Source: Octopus vulgaris
Taxonomy: Eukaryota
DNA length: 64,000 nucleotides
Direction of reading: 5' to 3'
Assembly: GCA_951406725.2 (NCBI GenBank)
Contig: OX597815.1
Location: forward strand, 185,194,001 to 185,258,000
Part shown: positions 1-16,427 of the stretch, one piece after another
How positions within the stretch are numbered: the first letter of the stretch is position 1
Layout of the letters: every line of letters begins with the position of its first letter
Notes under the pieces: model-generated
What the model was told of the DNA's origin: nothing
Database searches by the model: none
Seen by the model: only the letters and a program-made list of their open reading frames with translations
Program-made: the position numbers and the translations under genes

Positions 1-212
1 AATTATTTATCGAACCGTTAAGTGATACGTATAAAGGGACCCAACATTAGCAATGGCACACACACACACACACACACAAGCACACATAAACGCACGAACA
101 TATACATGCATATACAAATATGTACGCACAGACACACACTCTCGTATATACGTATGCATATAAGTGTGTATGAGTGTGTGTGTATTTACACACACACACA
201 CACACATATTTC

Positions 213-580
213 CAACCACTTGGTCGCAGGTTCAGTCCTACTGCGTGACACCTTGGGCAAGTGTCTTCTACTGTAGCATCGGGCTGACCAAAGCCTTGAG
301 AGTGAATTTGGTGCATGGAAACTGAAAGAAGCATTTCGTTTATATATATATGCATATATCTAAGTGTGTGTCTGTGTCTTTGCGTCTGTGTTTGTCTCCC
401 ACGACCGTTTGACAATTGGTGGGGGTGTATTCACGTCTGTTTAACTTAGCGGTACGGCAAAAGAGTCTATGTTTTTAAAAAAATGTCTTGGGGTCGATTT
501 GTTCGACTAAAACCCTTCAAAGCGGTGCCCCAGCTTGGCCGTAGTCAAATGACTAAAATTAATAACAAAAATAAAAGATA
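213..580 (+). mobile_element. tRNA-derived SINE family 1, 5'-truncated and diverged
   Basis: Contains ggttcagtcctactgcgtgacaccttgggcaagtgtcttc and a tail ending gtcaaatgactaaaa, collinear with the other family 1 copies. Confidence 0.8.
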
Positions 581-599
581 AAGAGACACTACATAGACT

Positions 600-756
600 T
601 AGGAGTGGTTGTGTGGTACGTAGCTTGCTTACGAACCACATGGTTTCGGGTTCAGTCCCACTGCGTAGTGCCTTGGGCAAGTGTCTTCTATAGCCTCGGG
701 CCGATCAAAGCCTTGTGAGTGGATTTGGTAGACGGAAACTGAAAGAAGCCAGTCGT

Positions 757-803
<47 letters not shown>

Positions 804-1032
804 TGTGTGTGTATATGTTTGTGTGTCTATGTTGTCACCCCAACATCGCTTGACAAACTATGCTGGAGTGCTTACCTCCCCGTTACTTTAGCGGTTCGGC
901 AAAAGAAACACGATAGAATAAGTACTAGACTTACAAAGAATGAGTCCTGCGGGAGAAGGTCGATCTGCTCGACTAAAGGCGGTGCTCCAGCATGGCCACA
1001 GCCACATGACTGAAACAAGTAAAAGAGTAAAA
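600..1032 (+). mobile_element. SINE family 1, full length with internal (TA)/(TG) microsatellite
   Basis: A-box-like tggttgtgtggt, B-box ggttcagtccc, CORE-like ccttgggcaagtg, tail ggtgctccagcatggcc...gactgaaacaagtaaaagag. Confidence 0.9.
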
Positions 1033-1615
1033 AAATACGCACAACAACACCACACACACACAACACAAACACAAACAAACAAATGCACGCTCAAACAATT
1101 GCACGTGCATGCATGTACATGCACGCACAAAAAACACGCACGCACACGCACACATGCCTTTCTATATTCCTACGTATTCGAATAAAGAATACTTTCTCGG
1201 ATAAGTAGACCTCTACATTTTTCGTTTATTCGGTTTGGGACGACAAATGAATTTTAGGTAAAAACGACGCAATAAACAGGAGAGAAGTTTAAAGCTAGGA
1301 ATTCTTAATATATCTCTCTCTCTCTCTCTATTTTACAAAACGTATAAAGTGGAGAGGATTTCAGAGCAACGCCGACTATATTTTCTTAAAACATACTGTA
1401 ATAGTTGCGCGGATCGATCGCAAAAGTGGGCGACTGGTTTTACAATCCTCCTCCTCCTCCTCCTCCTACTCCTCTCACCTCCTCCCACTGCCTCGCTATT
1501 CCTTCATCAGACGGCTAGAGCGTTATAGCGAGCGTTTAGTTTTCCTTGTTCAATGCCTCTCGCATCTATTCCATTATTTCTCTATATCGCACACACACAC
1601 ACGCACGCATACGCG

Positions 1616-1663
<48 letters not shown>

Positions 1664-1903
1664 CATTATCATGCTGTTTATTTCTTCCTCTCTTTTCTAG
1701 ATTCTCTCTTTCCTTTTAAAATTTTCGTTATTCCGCATTTTGCGTTATTGCTAAGCACGCGCGCGCACACACACACACACATACACACACACATACACAC
1801 ACACATACACACACACATAAGCTTGAAATTTCTATCGATGTGAGTTCCTACTTTATGGTAGAGTATTTTAAAATACAACTTTATTCTTATCATTTTACTT
1901 CTT

Positions 1904-1953
<50 letters not shown>

Positions 1954-1957
1954 CATT

Positions 1958-2170
1958 AAGGCGGTGAGCTGGAGGAATCGTTAGCGCGCTGGAGGAAATA
2001 CTTAGTGGCCCGTCGCTACGTTGTGAGTTCAAATTCCGCCGAAGTCGACTTTCCTTTTCCTCCTTTACTGGTCGATAAATTAAGTACCAGTAAAACACTG
2101 GGTGGGTCAATGTAATCTACTAGTCCCCTCCCAAACACTTTCAGACCTTGTGTCGATAGTATAAAGGATT
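1958..2170 (+). mobile_element. tRNA-derived SINE family 2 (Nin/Deu-like central domain)
   Basis: aaggcggtgagctgg...gagttcaaattccgccgaagtcgacttt...gtcgataaattaagtacc, inserted in (ATT)n. Confidence 0.85.
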
Positions 2171-3573
2171 ATTATTATTATTATTTTTATATTTCAGAAT
2201 GGTCATTTTGCCAGTTTAGCCAATAAATTATTATTATTTTTATTATCATTATTATTATTATTATTAATAATTAATTAATTAATATTACTGTCATTATCGT
2301 CATCATCGTCGTCGTTGTTGTAGTTGCTGTGTGTTATATAGTATTTAGACAGTTGCAATAACCCTAGGTGAGAGCGAAGCATCATTTTATTAGTTGCGAA
2401 GAGAAAAAATAAATTCTATCTGCACAGATTCATTGTTTTATATCGTTATTTCCTATGACTTCTCTCTTTAATATTTTAGAGAGAATTTTAGCTCCTTCCT
2501 TCCTCCCCACGCTGTATTTCTCACACCCATTTCTACATCAACATAACGCAAAAGAAAAACCAAAAAAAAAAAAACTGTTTATATATCTAACCCAACAATG
2601 AAATAACCAAGTTATTTGTTAGATGACTTCTACTACAGGAATAAGCCAATCAGATTTATTCTGTTTACGGCGCTTCTATCCGCAATGATGATCGCAGTGA
2701 CCAGCACAACAACAACAATATTAAGGTACCGTTGGTTTTAACATTCTAACAAGTAACTAGACTCCATCAACCAATCAGAATAGCTCATTATTTATCTCAT
2801 TATTTATCTCCTTCCAATATTTGAATTCATTTTCTTTTTTCACTATTCACAGAAATTAATCTAATTTATGTATTTAAAATAATAGTACAACTCTATACTG
2901 TTCGCTTCTCTTCCTTTTCCCTACATATTTTTTTTTTTTTACATTCTGCATTCTTTCAGAATGTTTAATGAAAGCTTATATATCCTTCCAGTTTCCCTGA
3001 TAATATTTTGAGATTGCTTTCATGGATTTTAGCTATTTATCTGTGTTAGATTTGACGGTTTAACAATTACGAAACCAATCCCTTTACCAAATATTCTAGT
3101 GATTGACGTGCAGAGAGGAAGTCGGAACCATTTATTACATGATGTATTTGACTTTCGTTATATATTTGTCCTTCACAAGTTCAAAAGGTCAGGCGACTAA
3201 ATTTTAAATCTTCTCTTGTAGGAGTGGCTAAATATGTATGCTCTCCTCCCTGTTTTGTATCATAAAATATTTTAAACTAGCATTTCCGTATCGGTCCCAG
3301 TTCAGGAATGGCTAAATTCTGGCGTCTTAATTCAATAATTTATTCAAGCCTCAATTCAGTACTTATTTTCTGAACACTTTCCGATGATTTATTATAGTTT
3401 CTATGCTATTGAGAAATGTTAGGTCCGAAGTAGAAAGTAGTGGGTATAAAATCTACTGACCCCAAAACATACATTATAAAATCAATTGTCAGACTGACTT
3501 TGAGCCAAACATCCTTCATATTATTTCTTCGAGAACATTTCATATGTTACTACGAAAGTCAATATCTCTACTA

Positions 3574-3761
3574 TTACTCTTTTACTCTTTTACTTGTTTC
3601 AGTCATTTGACTGCGGCCATGCTGGAGCACCGCCTTTAGTCGAGCAAATCGACCCCGGGACTTATTCTTTGTAAGCCCAGTACTTATTCTATCGGTCTCT
3701 TTTGCCGAACCGCTAAGTGACGGGGACGTAAACACAAGCAATGCTAGGGGGACAGACACAG

Positions 3762-3832
<71 letters not shown>

Positions 3833-3991
3833 TACGACAGGCTTCTTTCAGTTTCTGTCTACCAAATCCACTCACAAGGCATTGGTCGGCCCGGGGCTAT
3901 AGCAGAAGACACTTGCCCAAGATGCCACGCAGTGGGACTGAACCCGGAACCATGTGGTTGGTTAGCAAGCTACTTACCACACAGCCACTCC
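3574..3991 (-). mobile_element. SINE family 1, full length
   Basis: Reverse complement of the 600-1032 copy, with little divergence. Confidence 0.9.
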
Positions 3992-4256
3992 ACACAGGCA
4001 AAAATTATTTATAATATTATCGGAAATAAAATTTGAGCAATATATTTTTGAGGAGAATCAAGAAACACGCATATGATTTGCTGTTTAAACAAACTATTAG
4101 TTTAATGTAGCGGATATAATTTGACTTCTACACTTTATTAACGGCAAAATGTTGTGGTGTACGGCTATTGGACTGTGTAGTTTTGGAATTATTCGGTCGT
4201 TTAACCAAAATTAATGGTTAAGTGAAATGAGAAAACAATCTTTTAAAAAAGATGAA

Positions 4257-4434
4257 GGCGCAGGAGCGGCTGTGTGGTAAATAGCTTGCTTACTTACCAC
4301 ATGATCCCGGGTTCAGTCCAAATACGTGGCACCTTGCGCAAGTGTCTTCTACTATAGCCTCGGGCTGACCAAAGCCTTGTGGGTGGATTTGGTAGACGGA
4401 AGCTGGAAGAAGCCCGTCGTATATGCATATATAC

Positions 4435-4501
<67 letters not shown>

Positions 4502-4715
4502 TGTATGTGTGTATATGTTTGTATGTCTGTGTTTGTCCTCCACCCCAAGATCGCTTGACAACCGATGCCGGAGTGTTTACGTCCCCGTAACTTAGCGTTT
4601 CGGCAAAATAGACCCGATAGAATAAGTACTAGACTGCGGGGGAATCGATCTGCTCGACTAAAGGCTGTGCTCTAGCATAGCCACAGTCTCATGACTGAAA
4701 CAAGTAAAAGAAAAG
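4257..4715 (+). mobile_element. SINE family 1, full length
   Basis: Same head, core and tail as other copies, with internal (TG)n. Confidence 0.9.
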
Positions 4716-5146
4716 AAAGCATAGAGAAGTTTGCGAAGTAGATGTGTACAACAGATGGAATGCAGAAATGTATAAATAAGTGTCTGTGTGTGTGTGCGTG
4801 TGTGTCTGTGTGTGTGCGTGTGTGTGTGTCAGAGAGAGAGGGAGGGAGAGAGAGCGTGAATGGGTGTATGCGCATGTGTGTACAGCAATGTTCTGTAAAA
4901 ATCACTTACCCGATTGTCTTGTGTCCGGTTTTTACGCTTCAATAATATTCTTGCTCCCCCGTGGGCTGCGGAAATCGTTTCAATGTTATTTACTTGTTGA
5001 CAAACAAGACGAAAACAAGTTGTAGTTAATGCCCAAGGTTTCGTATATTTTTAACTTATTTACATACACACGCGTGTGTGTGTGTGTGTGTGTGTCTGTG
5101 TCTGTGTCTGTGCATACATATACACACACACGCACACACATATATT

Positions 5147-5363
5147 ATTCTTTTATTTGTTTCAGTCATTTGACTGCGGAGCACAGCCTTTAGTGGAACA
5201 AATCTACCCCAGAACTAATTCTTTGTAAGCGTAGTACTTATTCTATCGGTCTCTTTTGCCGAATCATTAAGTTACGGGGAAATAAACACACCAGCATCGG
5301 TTGTCAAGTGATGGTGGGGAGACAAACACACACACACACACATACACACACATACATATACAA

Positions 5364-5431
<68 letters not shown>

Positions 5432-5598
5432 GCATACGTACATACGACGGGCTTCTTTCAGTTTCCGTCTACCAAATCCACTCTGAAGTCTTTGGTCGGC
5501 CTAAGGCTATAGTAGAAGGCACTTACCAAAGGTGTCACGCATTGGGACTGAACCCGTAACCATGTGGTTGGTAAAGAAGCTACTTACCACACAACCAC
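5147..5598 (-). mobile_element. SINE family 1
   Basis: Reverse-strand copy with internal (CA)/(TA) tract. Confidence 0.88.
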
Positions 5599-5958
5599 AC
5601 CATGTATGTATGTATGTATGTATGTATGTATAGCCCACCTGCTACTGAAATTGTCTTCCTGTGTTAATAATGCTAACCATTTTGGTCTGGAAAGAACGGG
5701 TAAGTAATGATTACACGTAGCTTTTAGCTTGCAATCTCAAATTGCAATAAAACACTGTTTTCAAAGAGGCTACTGTGTGTGATTCGAACATGCGTTCTTT
5801 CACAATTTACGATAGTGAGGAACAAAAGAACTGGGAGAAAAACCTTTGACCTATTGAGAAACAAGTAAAAACGTGAAGTGCTGTAAGTAATGATAGGCCT
5901 TTCAAAGCAAGTTACAGTGTTATTTCAGTACATTATTTACATTATTTACATTTGACGG

Positions 5959-6001
<43 letters not shown>

Positions 6002-6005
<4 letters not shown>

Positions 6006-6110
6006 CCTGTTCGCTTAGCCAGCAGGGTGGCGTCAATCGAAGGCTAAAACAATGCGAACGCATTGTGACCAGCGATGTGTAGCAACATCTGATGGTCTGG
6101 TCGGTCACGT
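6002..6110 (+). mobile_element. SINE family 3, 3' fragment
   Basis: Matches the 3' part of 53015-53310 (ggcctgttcgcttagccagc...gtgaccagcgatgtgtagcaacatctg). Confidence 0.8.
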
Positions 6111-6240
6111 AAAAAAAAAAATAAATATATATATATATATATATAACAAGAAAAATGCCACTTATATTTGAACACTATACAAATATTCTTTCAAATAAAC
6201 TTTCCTTTTAATTTTTCTAAATTTAATTATTTAATTGTTA

Positions 6241-6276
6241 CAGTTGAATAAGTCACAATGACTGAAACCGGTACTG
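6241..6276 (+). ncRNA. Minimal type-I hammerhead-like motif (U3 variant)
   Basis: cag-TTGAATA-agtca caa tgact-GAAA-ccgg-TA-ctg: stem I cag/ctg, 5-bp stem II, palindromic ACCGGT stem III; core position 8 is T. Confidence 0.6.
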
Positions 6277-6623
6277 AAATGTTCTTTATAAAATTATTTT
6301 AGCATTTTCTATCCTGACTTGCTTTTTCATATATATATGGGGAGAGAGACAGAGAGAGAGAGAGAGAGAAGCAGAGAGACAAAAAGACATACAGAGACAG
6401 AGGGAGAAAGAGAGAATGAGTGAGAGAAAGAAACAATATGTACATATGGATGGATGGATAGATACACTATTGGTGCTTTAAGTTTCACGACTGAGTGGTC
6501 AGATTGCTGTAGTTCCGTATTTGCAAACGTGATAGCGAATTTCGAAACTGCTAATTGGTTAAAACCATAACTTACAAAGCATTCTCTAGATAACAAGTGA
6601 CTCGAAATGTAAAACCAAACCGA

Positions 6624-6723
6624 NNNNNNNNNNNNNNNNNNNNNNNNNNNNNNNNNNNNNNNNNNNNNNNNNNNNNNNNNNNNNNNNNNNNNNNNNNNNN
6701 NNNNNNNNNNNNNNNNNNNNNNN
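6624..6723. other. Assembly gap (100 N)
   Basis: Run of N. Confidence 1.
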
Positions 6724-7560
<837 letters not shown>

Positions 7561-7571
7561 TATATAGAAGG

Positions 7572-7622
7572 AGCTTCTACAGGACTAGTACTGTTTCATT
7601 CAAGAGAAATCTTCAGGAAGCT
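7572..7622 (-). ncRNA. Type-I hammerhead ribozyme, family E
   Basis: Exact reverse complement of 13310-13360. Confidence 0.8.
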
Positions 7623-8054
7623 ATTTAACAAGAATTGTATTAGCATTTATACATTTAGAGGAGTGGTGGTGGGGGACTTTTTGGGGGTAGGCATAGCGCA
7701 AAATATCATACTTGGGGGAGTGGTCAAGGTAATAAAAAAATAAAAAAATAAAAAAATAAAAAATAAAAAAATAAAAAGATAAAATAAAAGAATAAAAATA
7801 AAAATAAAAAATATAAAAAATATAAAAAATATAAAAAATATAAAAAAATAAAAAATATAAAAAATATAAAAAATATATATAAAAAATATATATAAAAAAA
7901 TATATAAAAAAATATATATATAAAATATATATATAAAAAATATATATATAAAAAAAGGGGGGATAGAGTTATAGGTAAATAAGGAGATTCTCACTTATAC
8001 CTATACACACATGTATACGTATCTACACACACATACGCACATACACATATATCT

Positions 8055-8099
<45 letters not shown>

Positions 8100-8564
8100 C
8101 ATACCTACACATACACACATACATACATACAAATATACATATACATATATATATATATACAATCCAATACAGGCCCATTCCCTAATTTTAATTTTATTAT
8201 CTTCATTTATTACTTTTGTTATCTTTGATCGCTAAGGCTAAGAATCCTGGCAATAGCTGCTTGTCCATTTGTCTGTCTACTAGAAGGCAAGTACTCATTC
8301 CCGCACGCACACTCATTAGCACGTACATTCACCCATTCGTACACTCATACACATACACGTACGCACGCGTTATATTCATACATACAAACATCTACATACG
8401 TTCACGTATATACACATACGTACTCGTACCTACAGATTCGTGTCTACACTTTAGGAGGCTAGTCTATACATATACACCAATAAATATACATATATATATA
8501 TATATATATATACCCGCATATACATACACACACACACATATATACTCCTACATACAGATACATA

Positions 8565-8606
<42 letters not shown>

Positions 8607-8802
8607 TACATATATATATACATACATACACATACATACACATACACACATACACACACATACATACACATATATATACATACACAAACATATATACACA
8701 CACATATATATACATACACACATACACACATACATACGTATACATACCTACATACATCTATACATCCATACTTACATGCATTTATACGCATACACACACC
8801 CA

Positions 8803-8843
<41 letters not shown>

Positions 8844-9122
8844 TCACACATACATATACAAATCTACGCACACACATACATACATACACGTATACGCATA
8901 CACGCACATACACATATACATGCGTACCCATACACGTGCACACACGCACGCGCATCCATATAAATACACACACACACATATATATATACACGTGTGCAAG
9001 CATACATACATACTCATACGCGCACACATACTTACAAATACATATATGCACACACTTACACACATATATATACATACACATATACATGCATACATACATA
9101 TATTCATACATACACACACGCA

Positions 9123-9184
<62 letters not shown>

Positions 9185-9243
9185 TATACATACATAGACA
9201 TATATACACATACATACACATACACATACGTACACACACATAT

Positions 9244-9287
<44 letters not shown>

Positions 9288-9498
9288 GCATACATATATA
9301 CACATATACATACATATACATACACACACACATAAATATATACATATACACTGATACACATACCCATACATACACATGCATATACTTATATTACTACATA
9401 CTCACATATATAGACATATATACATATACACACATACATATATACATGTACATACACATACGCATGCATATATATATATATATACATACATATATATA

Positions 9499-9529
<31 letters not shown>

Positions 9530-9812
9530 ACATACACACACACACACACATACATATACACATATACATGTATACATACGCAAAAATGATACGCATATAT
9601 ACACATACACACACACAGACAGATGCATATACATACATATATATATATACAAACTACATATCTATATAAATACATACATGATACACATATACACACACAT
9701 ATATATACATTCATGCATATACATATACAAGTATACATACACAAACATACACACACACGCGCACACATACATATACACACACACACATATACAAATACAT
9801 ACATACACACAT

Positions 9813-9845
<33 letters not shown>

Positions 9846-9882
9846 CATACATGTACACATATACATATGTATATATATATCA

Positions 9883-10095
9883 ACAAGGGGGGTAAAGTTA
9901 ATTAGTTATTAATCAATTTCATCAAGTGTTCAGTATGTAAAGGGACCATTATTATTTTGAGTAAACAATGTTAGAGGGAAAAAAATTCTCTAAGTAGTGG
10001 AAGAGGCTAAAAAACTTTATTGGCTGCTATTTCTAGAAAGTTTAGTATGTGGCAAAGTAATTTATTTTATTTTCCTAAGCCCTAATTATATAATA
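9883..10095. mobile_element. Fragment of the 558-bp unit family with an internal inversion (mirrored at about 10880-11092)
   Basis: ggtaaagttaattagttattaatcaatttcatcaagtgttcagtatgtaaagggaccatt matches 36454-36511 directly; 10010-10085 matches 36543-36610 in reverse. Confidence 0.75.
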
Positions 10096-10251
10096 TTTTA
10101 TACATACATACACATACATAAGCACATACATTTACACATACATATGCATATACATATATACACATATACATACAAACACATATACACATATACACACACA
10201 CACACATACAAGCACATACATATATATATACATATATATACACATATATAT

Positions 10252-10282
<31 letters not shown>

Positions 10283-11128
10283 CATGCAAACATATATACA
10301 TATATATTTTTTTACATGCATACATACACACACACACACATAATACATGCGTATATTCCTACTGTACCCATGCATTTCTATACATATATACATACATACA
10401 TACGACACATATACAAGCGTGCACATATAATATGCGTGCACATATAATATGTGAAAGGTCTTAGGAGAAAAGGTAATCGGGGTGCTAGGGGAACAGCACC
10501 GATTACCTTTTCTCCTAAGACCTTTCACATATTATATGTGCACGCATATTATATGTGCACGCTTGTATATGTGTATCGTATGTATGTATGTATATATGTA
10601 TAGAAATGCATGGGTACAGTAGGAATATACGCATGTATTATGTGTGTGTGTGTGTATGTATGCATGTAAAAAAATATATATGTATATATGTTTGCATGTA
10701 TATATATATATATATATATGTGTATATATATGTGTATATATATGTATATATATATGTATGTGCTTGTATGTGTGTGTGTGTGTATATGTGTATATGTGTT
10801 TGTATGTATATGTGTATATATGTATATGCATATGTATGTGTAAATGTATGTGCTTATGTATGTGTATGTATGTATAAAATATTATATAATTAGGGCTTAG
10901 GAAAATAAAATAAATTACTTTGCCACATACTAAACTTTCTAGAAATAGCAGCCAATAAAGTTTTTTAGCCTCTTCCACTACTTAGAGAATTTTTTTCCCT
11001 CTAACATTGTTTACTCAAAATAATAATGGTCCCTTTACATACTGAACACTTGATGAAATTGATTAATAACTAATTAACTTTACCCCCCTTGTTGATATAT
11101 ATATACATATGTATATGTGTACATGTAT

Positions 11129-11166
<38 letters not shown>

Positions 11167-11723
11167 ATGTGTGTATGTATGTATTGGTATATGTGTGTGT
11201 GTATATGTATGTGTGCGCGTGTGTGTGTATGTTTGTGTATGTATACTTGTATATGTATATGCATGAATGTATATATATGTGTGTGTATATGTGTATCATG
11301 TATGTATTTATATAGATATGTAGTTTGTATATATATATGTATGTATATGCATCTGTCTGTGTGTGTGTATGTGTATATATGCGTATCATTTTTTGCGTAT
11401 GTATACATGTATATGTGTATATGTATGTGTGTGTGTGTGTGTGTGTGTGTATGTAGGTATGTATGTGTATATATATGTATGTATATATATATATATATGC
11501 ATGCGTATGTGTATGTACATGTATATATGTATGTGTGTATATGTATATATGTCTATATATGTGAGTATGTAGTAATATAAGTATATGCATGTGTATGTAT
11601 GGGTATGTGTATCAGTGTATATGTATATATTTATGTGTGTGTGTATGTATATGTATGTATATGTGTATATATGTATGCGTATATGTGTATATATATATAT
11701 ATGTATATATATATATGTGTATA

Positions 11724-11756
<33 letters not shown>

Positions 11757-11785
11757 ATGTGTATATATGTCTATGTATGTATATA

Positions 11786-11824
<39 letters not shown>

Positions 11825-12106
11825 GAGTGCGTGTGTGTATGTATGCATATATGTATGTATGCATGTATATGTGTATGTATATATATGTGTGTAAGTGTGT
11901 GCATATATGTATTTGTAAGTATGTGTGCGCGTATGAGTATGTATGTATGCTTGCACACGTGTATATATATATGTGTGTGTGTGTATTTATATGGATGCGC
12001 GTGCGTGTGTGCACGTGTATGGGTACGCATGTATATGTGTATGTGCGTGTATGCGTATACGTGTATGTATGTATGTGTGTGCGTAGATTTGTATATGTAT
12101 GTGTGA

Positions 12107-12143
<37 letters not shown>

Positions 12144-12333
12144 TATAGATGGGTGTGTGTATGCGTATAAATGCATGTAAGTATGGATGTATAGATGTAT
12201 GTAGGTATGTATACGTATGTATGTGTGTATGTGTGTATGTATATATATGTGTGTGTATATATGTGTGTGTATGTATATATGTGTATGTATGTGTGTGTAT
12301 GTGTGTATGTGTATGTATGTATGTATGTATATA

Positions 12334-12379
<46 letters not shown>

Positions 12380-12837
12380 TATGTATCTGTATGTAGGAGT
12401 ATATATGTGTGTGTGTGTATGTATATGCGGGTATATATATATATATATATATATGTATATTTATTGGTGTATATGTATAGACTAGCCTCCTAAAGTGTAG
12501 ACACGAATCTGTAGGTACGAGTACGTATGTGTATATACGTGAACGTATGTAGATGTTTGTATGTATGAATATAACGCGTGCGTACGTGTATGTGTATGAG
12601 TGTACGAATGGGTGAATGTACGTGCTAATGAGTGTGCGTGCGGGAATGAGTACTTGCCTTCTAGTAGACAGACAAATGGACAAGCAGCTATTGCCAGGAT
12701 TCTTAGCCTTAGCGATCAAAGATAACAAAAGTAATAAATGAAGATAATAAAATTAAAATTAGGAATGGGCCTGTATTGGATTGTATATATATATATGTAT
12801 ATGTATATTTGTATGTATGTATGTGTGTATGTGTAGG

Positions 12838-12894
<57 letters not shown>

Positions 12895-13309
12895 AGATAT
12901 ATGTGTATGTGCGTATGTGTGTGTAGATACGTATACATGTGTGTATAGGTATAAGTGAGAATCTCCTTATTTACCTATAACTCTATCCCCCTTTTTTTAT
13001 ATATATATTTTTATATATATATTTTATATATATATTTTTATATATATATATTTTTTATATATATTTTTTATATTTTTTATATTATTTTATATTTTTTATA
13101 TTTTTTATATTTTTTATATTTTTTATATTTTATTTTTTATTTTTATTTTTTTTTATTTTTTTTTTATTTTTTTATTTTTATTATTTTTTTTTTTTTTTAT
13201 TACCTTGACCACTCCCCCAAGTATGATATTTTGCGCTATGCCTACCCCCAAAAAGTCCCCCACCACCACTCCTCTAAATGTATAAATGCTAATACAATTC
13301 TTGTTAAAT

Positions 13310-13360
13310 AGCTTCCTGAAGATTTCTCTTGAATGAAACAGTACTAGTCCTGTAGAAGCT
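13310..13360 (+). ncRNA. Type-I hammerhead ribozyme, family E
   Basis: agcttc-CTGAAGA-t ttc tctt gaa t-GAAA-cag tactagtc ctg-TA-gaagct: 6-bp stem I, intact core, 4-bp stem III, predicted GUA cleavage after 13354. Confidence 0.82.
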
Positions 13361-13441
13361 CCTTCTATATAATAAATTAATTTTACTCTGCTATGTATTG
13401 AGTACCTTACTTACTGTGGTTAACCCCGAATCAACCCGGGA

Positions 13442-14588
<1,147 letters not shown>

Positions 14589-14844
14589 ATTTTAGGTCAG
14601 TACACCAATACATTCATCTTAACACACACACAGATGCATAGACACACACACGCGCATACAGATGCACACATGCACATGCACACATGCATCTGCACACTTG
14701 TGGGTCAGTTGCTATTATATGACAACAGAGGTGGTGGCGGCGGAGATGGCAGCTGCAGCACTGGTGGCAGCAGCGGCAGTGCCAGTAACGATGTTGGTGA
14801 TGGTTTGTGCAAGGCTGCATATGTGTGTGTTTTCCTCTGTGTGT

Positions 14845-14944
14845 NNNNNNNNNNNNNNNNNNNNNNNNNNNNNNNNNNNNNNNNNNNNNNNNNNNNNNNN
14901 NNNNNNNNNNNNNNNNNNNNNNNNNNNNNNNNNNNNNNNNNNNN
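14845..14944. other. Assembly gap (100 N)
   Basis: Run of N. Confidence 1.
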
Positions 14945-14964
14945 ATTCTTCTTATTATTATTAC

Positions 14965-15476
14965 TATTATTTATTTGTTTATTGCCCACAGGAGGCTAAA
15001 CATAGAGGGGGCAGACAAAGGGATTAAGTCGATTACAATGAACCAGTGCGTAACTGGTACTTATTTAATTGACCCCGAAAGGTTGAAAGGCAAAGTCGAC
15101 CACCTCGGAATTTGAACTCGGAACGTAACGGCAGATGAAATACCGCTAAGCATTTCGCCCAGCATCCTAGCGATTCTGCCACCTCGCCGCCCTTGCCAGC
15201 TCAATAATAATAAAAGCATTTTTTCCTGAGTGAATATCGATATATATTTCTTTTCTACCCACAAGGGGCTAAACTCAGAGAGGACAAACAAGGACAGACA
15301 AACGGATTAAGTTGATTACATCGAACCTGTGTATAACTGGTACTTAATTTATCGATACCGAAAGGATGAAAGGCAAAGTCGACCTCGGCGGAATTTGAAC
15401 TCAGAACGTAGCGACAGAGGAAATATTGCTAAGCATTTCACCCAGCATCCTAACGATTCTGCCACCTCGCCGCCCT
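14965..15476 (-). mobile_element. Two tandem SINE family 2 copies (14965-15193, 15247-15476)
   Basis: Both end cctcgccgccctt and share the flank gctcaataataataaaa...cctgagtgaatatc. Confidence 0.85.
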
Positions 15477-15799
15477 TGCTAGCTCAATAATAATAAAACC
15501 ATTTTTTTCCTGAGTGAATATCCATCTATGCGCAATAAAATATCGAAATTGATAAACAACTCGAAACGTATTTAGATAAGTTTATTTAATTCGATGAAAT
15601 TATTAGAAGTAATGATAAAAGTCAAATTTGTCAAAACGGAAAATTCTTGGCTTCAATCGGTAATATAAGCTATTTTACACCAATTACATTCATTGTTCGA
15701 GACAGGCTTTTATGTTAAACATACATTGGAAGACATCCAACGGAATGGCATTTAAGTTCTCTGTTTACACCTTTAATCTTTAGTCTTTTGACTTCTATT

Positions 15800-16130
15800 T
15801 ATTACTTGTTTCCGTCATTAGTCTTAGGCCATGCTGGGACACCGCCTCATAGAATTCTGTCTTAATCGAATGAATTGGCACCAGTACTTATTGTTAGTGT
15901 CAAGTCTGGTACTTATTCTATCGGTTCTTTTGCCGAACCGCTAGATAACAAGGACTTAAATAAACAATAGGCTCGGGCGTAGCTGTGTGACAAGAATTTT
16001 GTTTCCCAATCACATTTTTCCGGGGTCAGTCCCACTGCTTGATACTTCGGGCAGGTGACTTCTGCTATGGCCTCAGGCCGATCAATGACTTCTGAGTGGA
16101 TTTGGTAGAATATAAATTAGAAAAAAACCC
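15800..16130. mobile_element. Diverged SINE family 1 fragments (tail on - strand, head on + strand)
   Basis: cttgtttccgtcatt...gccgaaccgct on -; gggtcagtcccactgc...gtggatttggtag on +. Confidence 0.7.
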
Positions 16131-16427
16131 ACATTTTATCAATTCAATAATGAAAAATTGAATTATACCATTTAGAAAAATTACATATTATAGAAAGATT
16201 AAATATAAGATAAAACATATAACAATGATTAAGTAATATGCAAAATAGTAAATAAAATGTATTATTTGGTAGAATAACGACACGTGTTTCGTGGCTATAC
16301 TTAAGAAATGATAAATGTAATAATAATAGTAAAATCACTTCAGTATAAATATAGCCACTCTCATATAAATATAAATAGATTTTCCCCTTGTTTACAATTA
16401 ACACGGAAGAAAAGATAAACAGTTACG

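Noticed and set aside
1495-1545. CTGATGA on the minus strand
   Set aside because: No stem II or GAAA downstream
1340-2790. CpG-richer patch and two CCAATCAG boxes suggesting a promoter
   Set aside because: No linked exon or ORF; such motifs occur by chance
8216-12728. Long ORFs (457 aa and 365 aa) rich in Y/I/H/T
   Set aside because: Read-through of stop-free alternating RY microsatellite, mirrored by the palindrome; no domain signal
14715-14820. GC-rich Gly/Ser- or Ala-coding-like segment
   Set aside because: Degenerate GGT/GCA trinucleotide repeat next to a gap; no splice evidence
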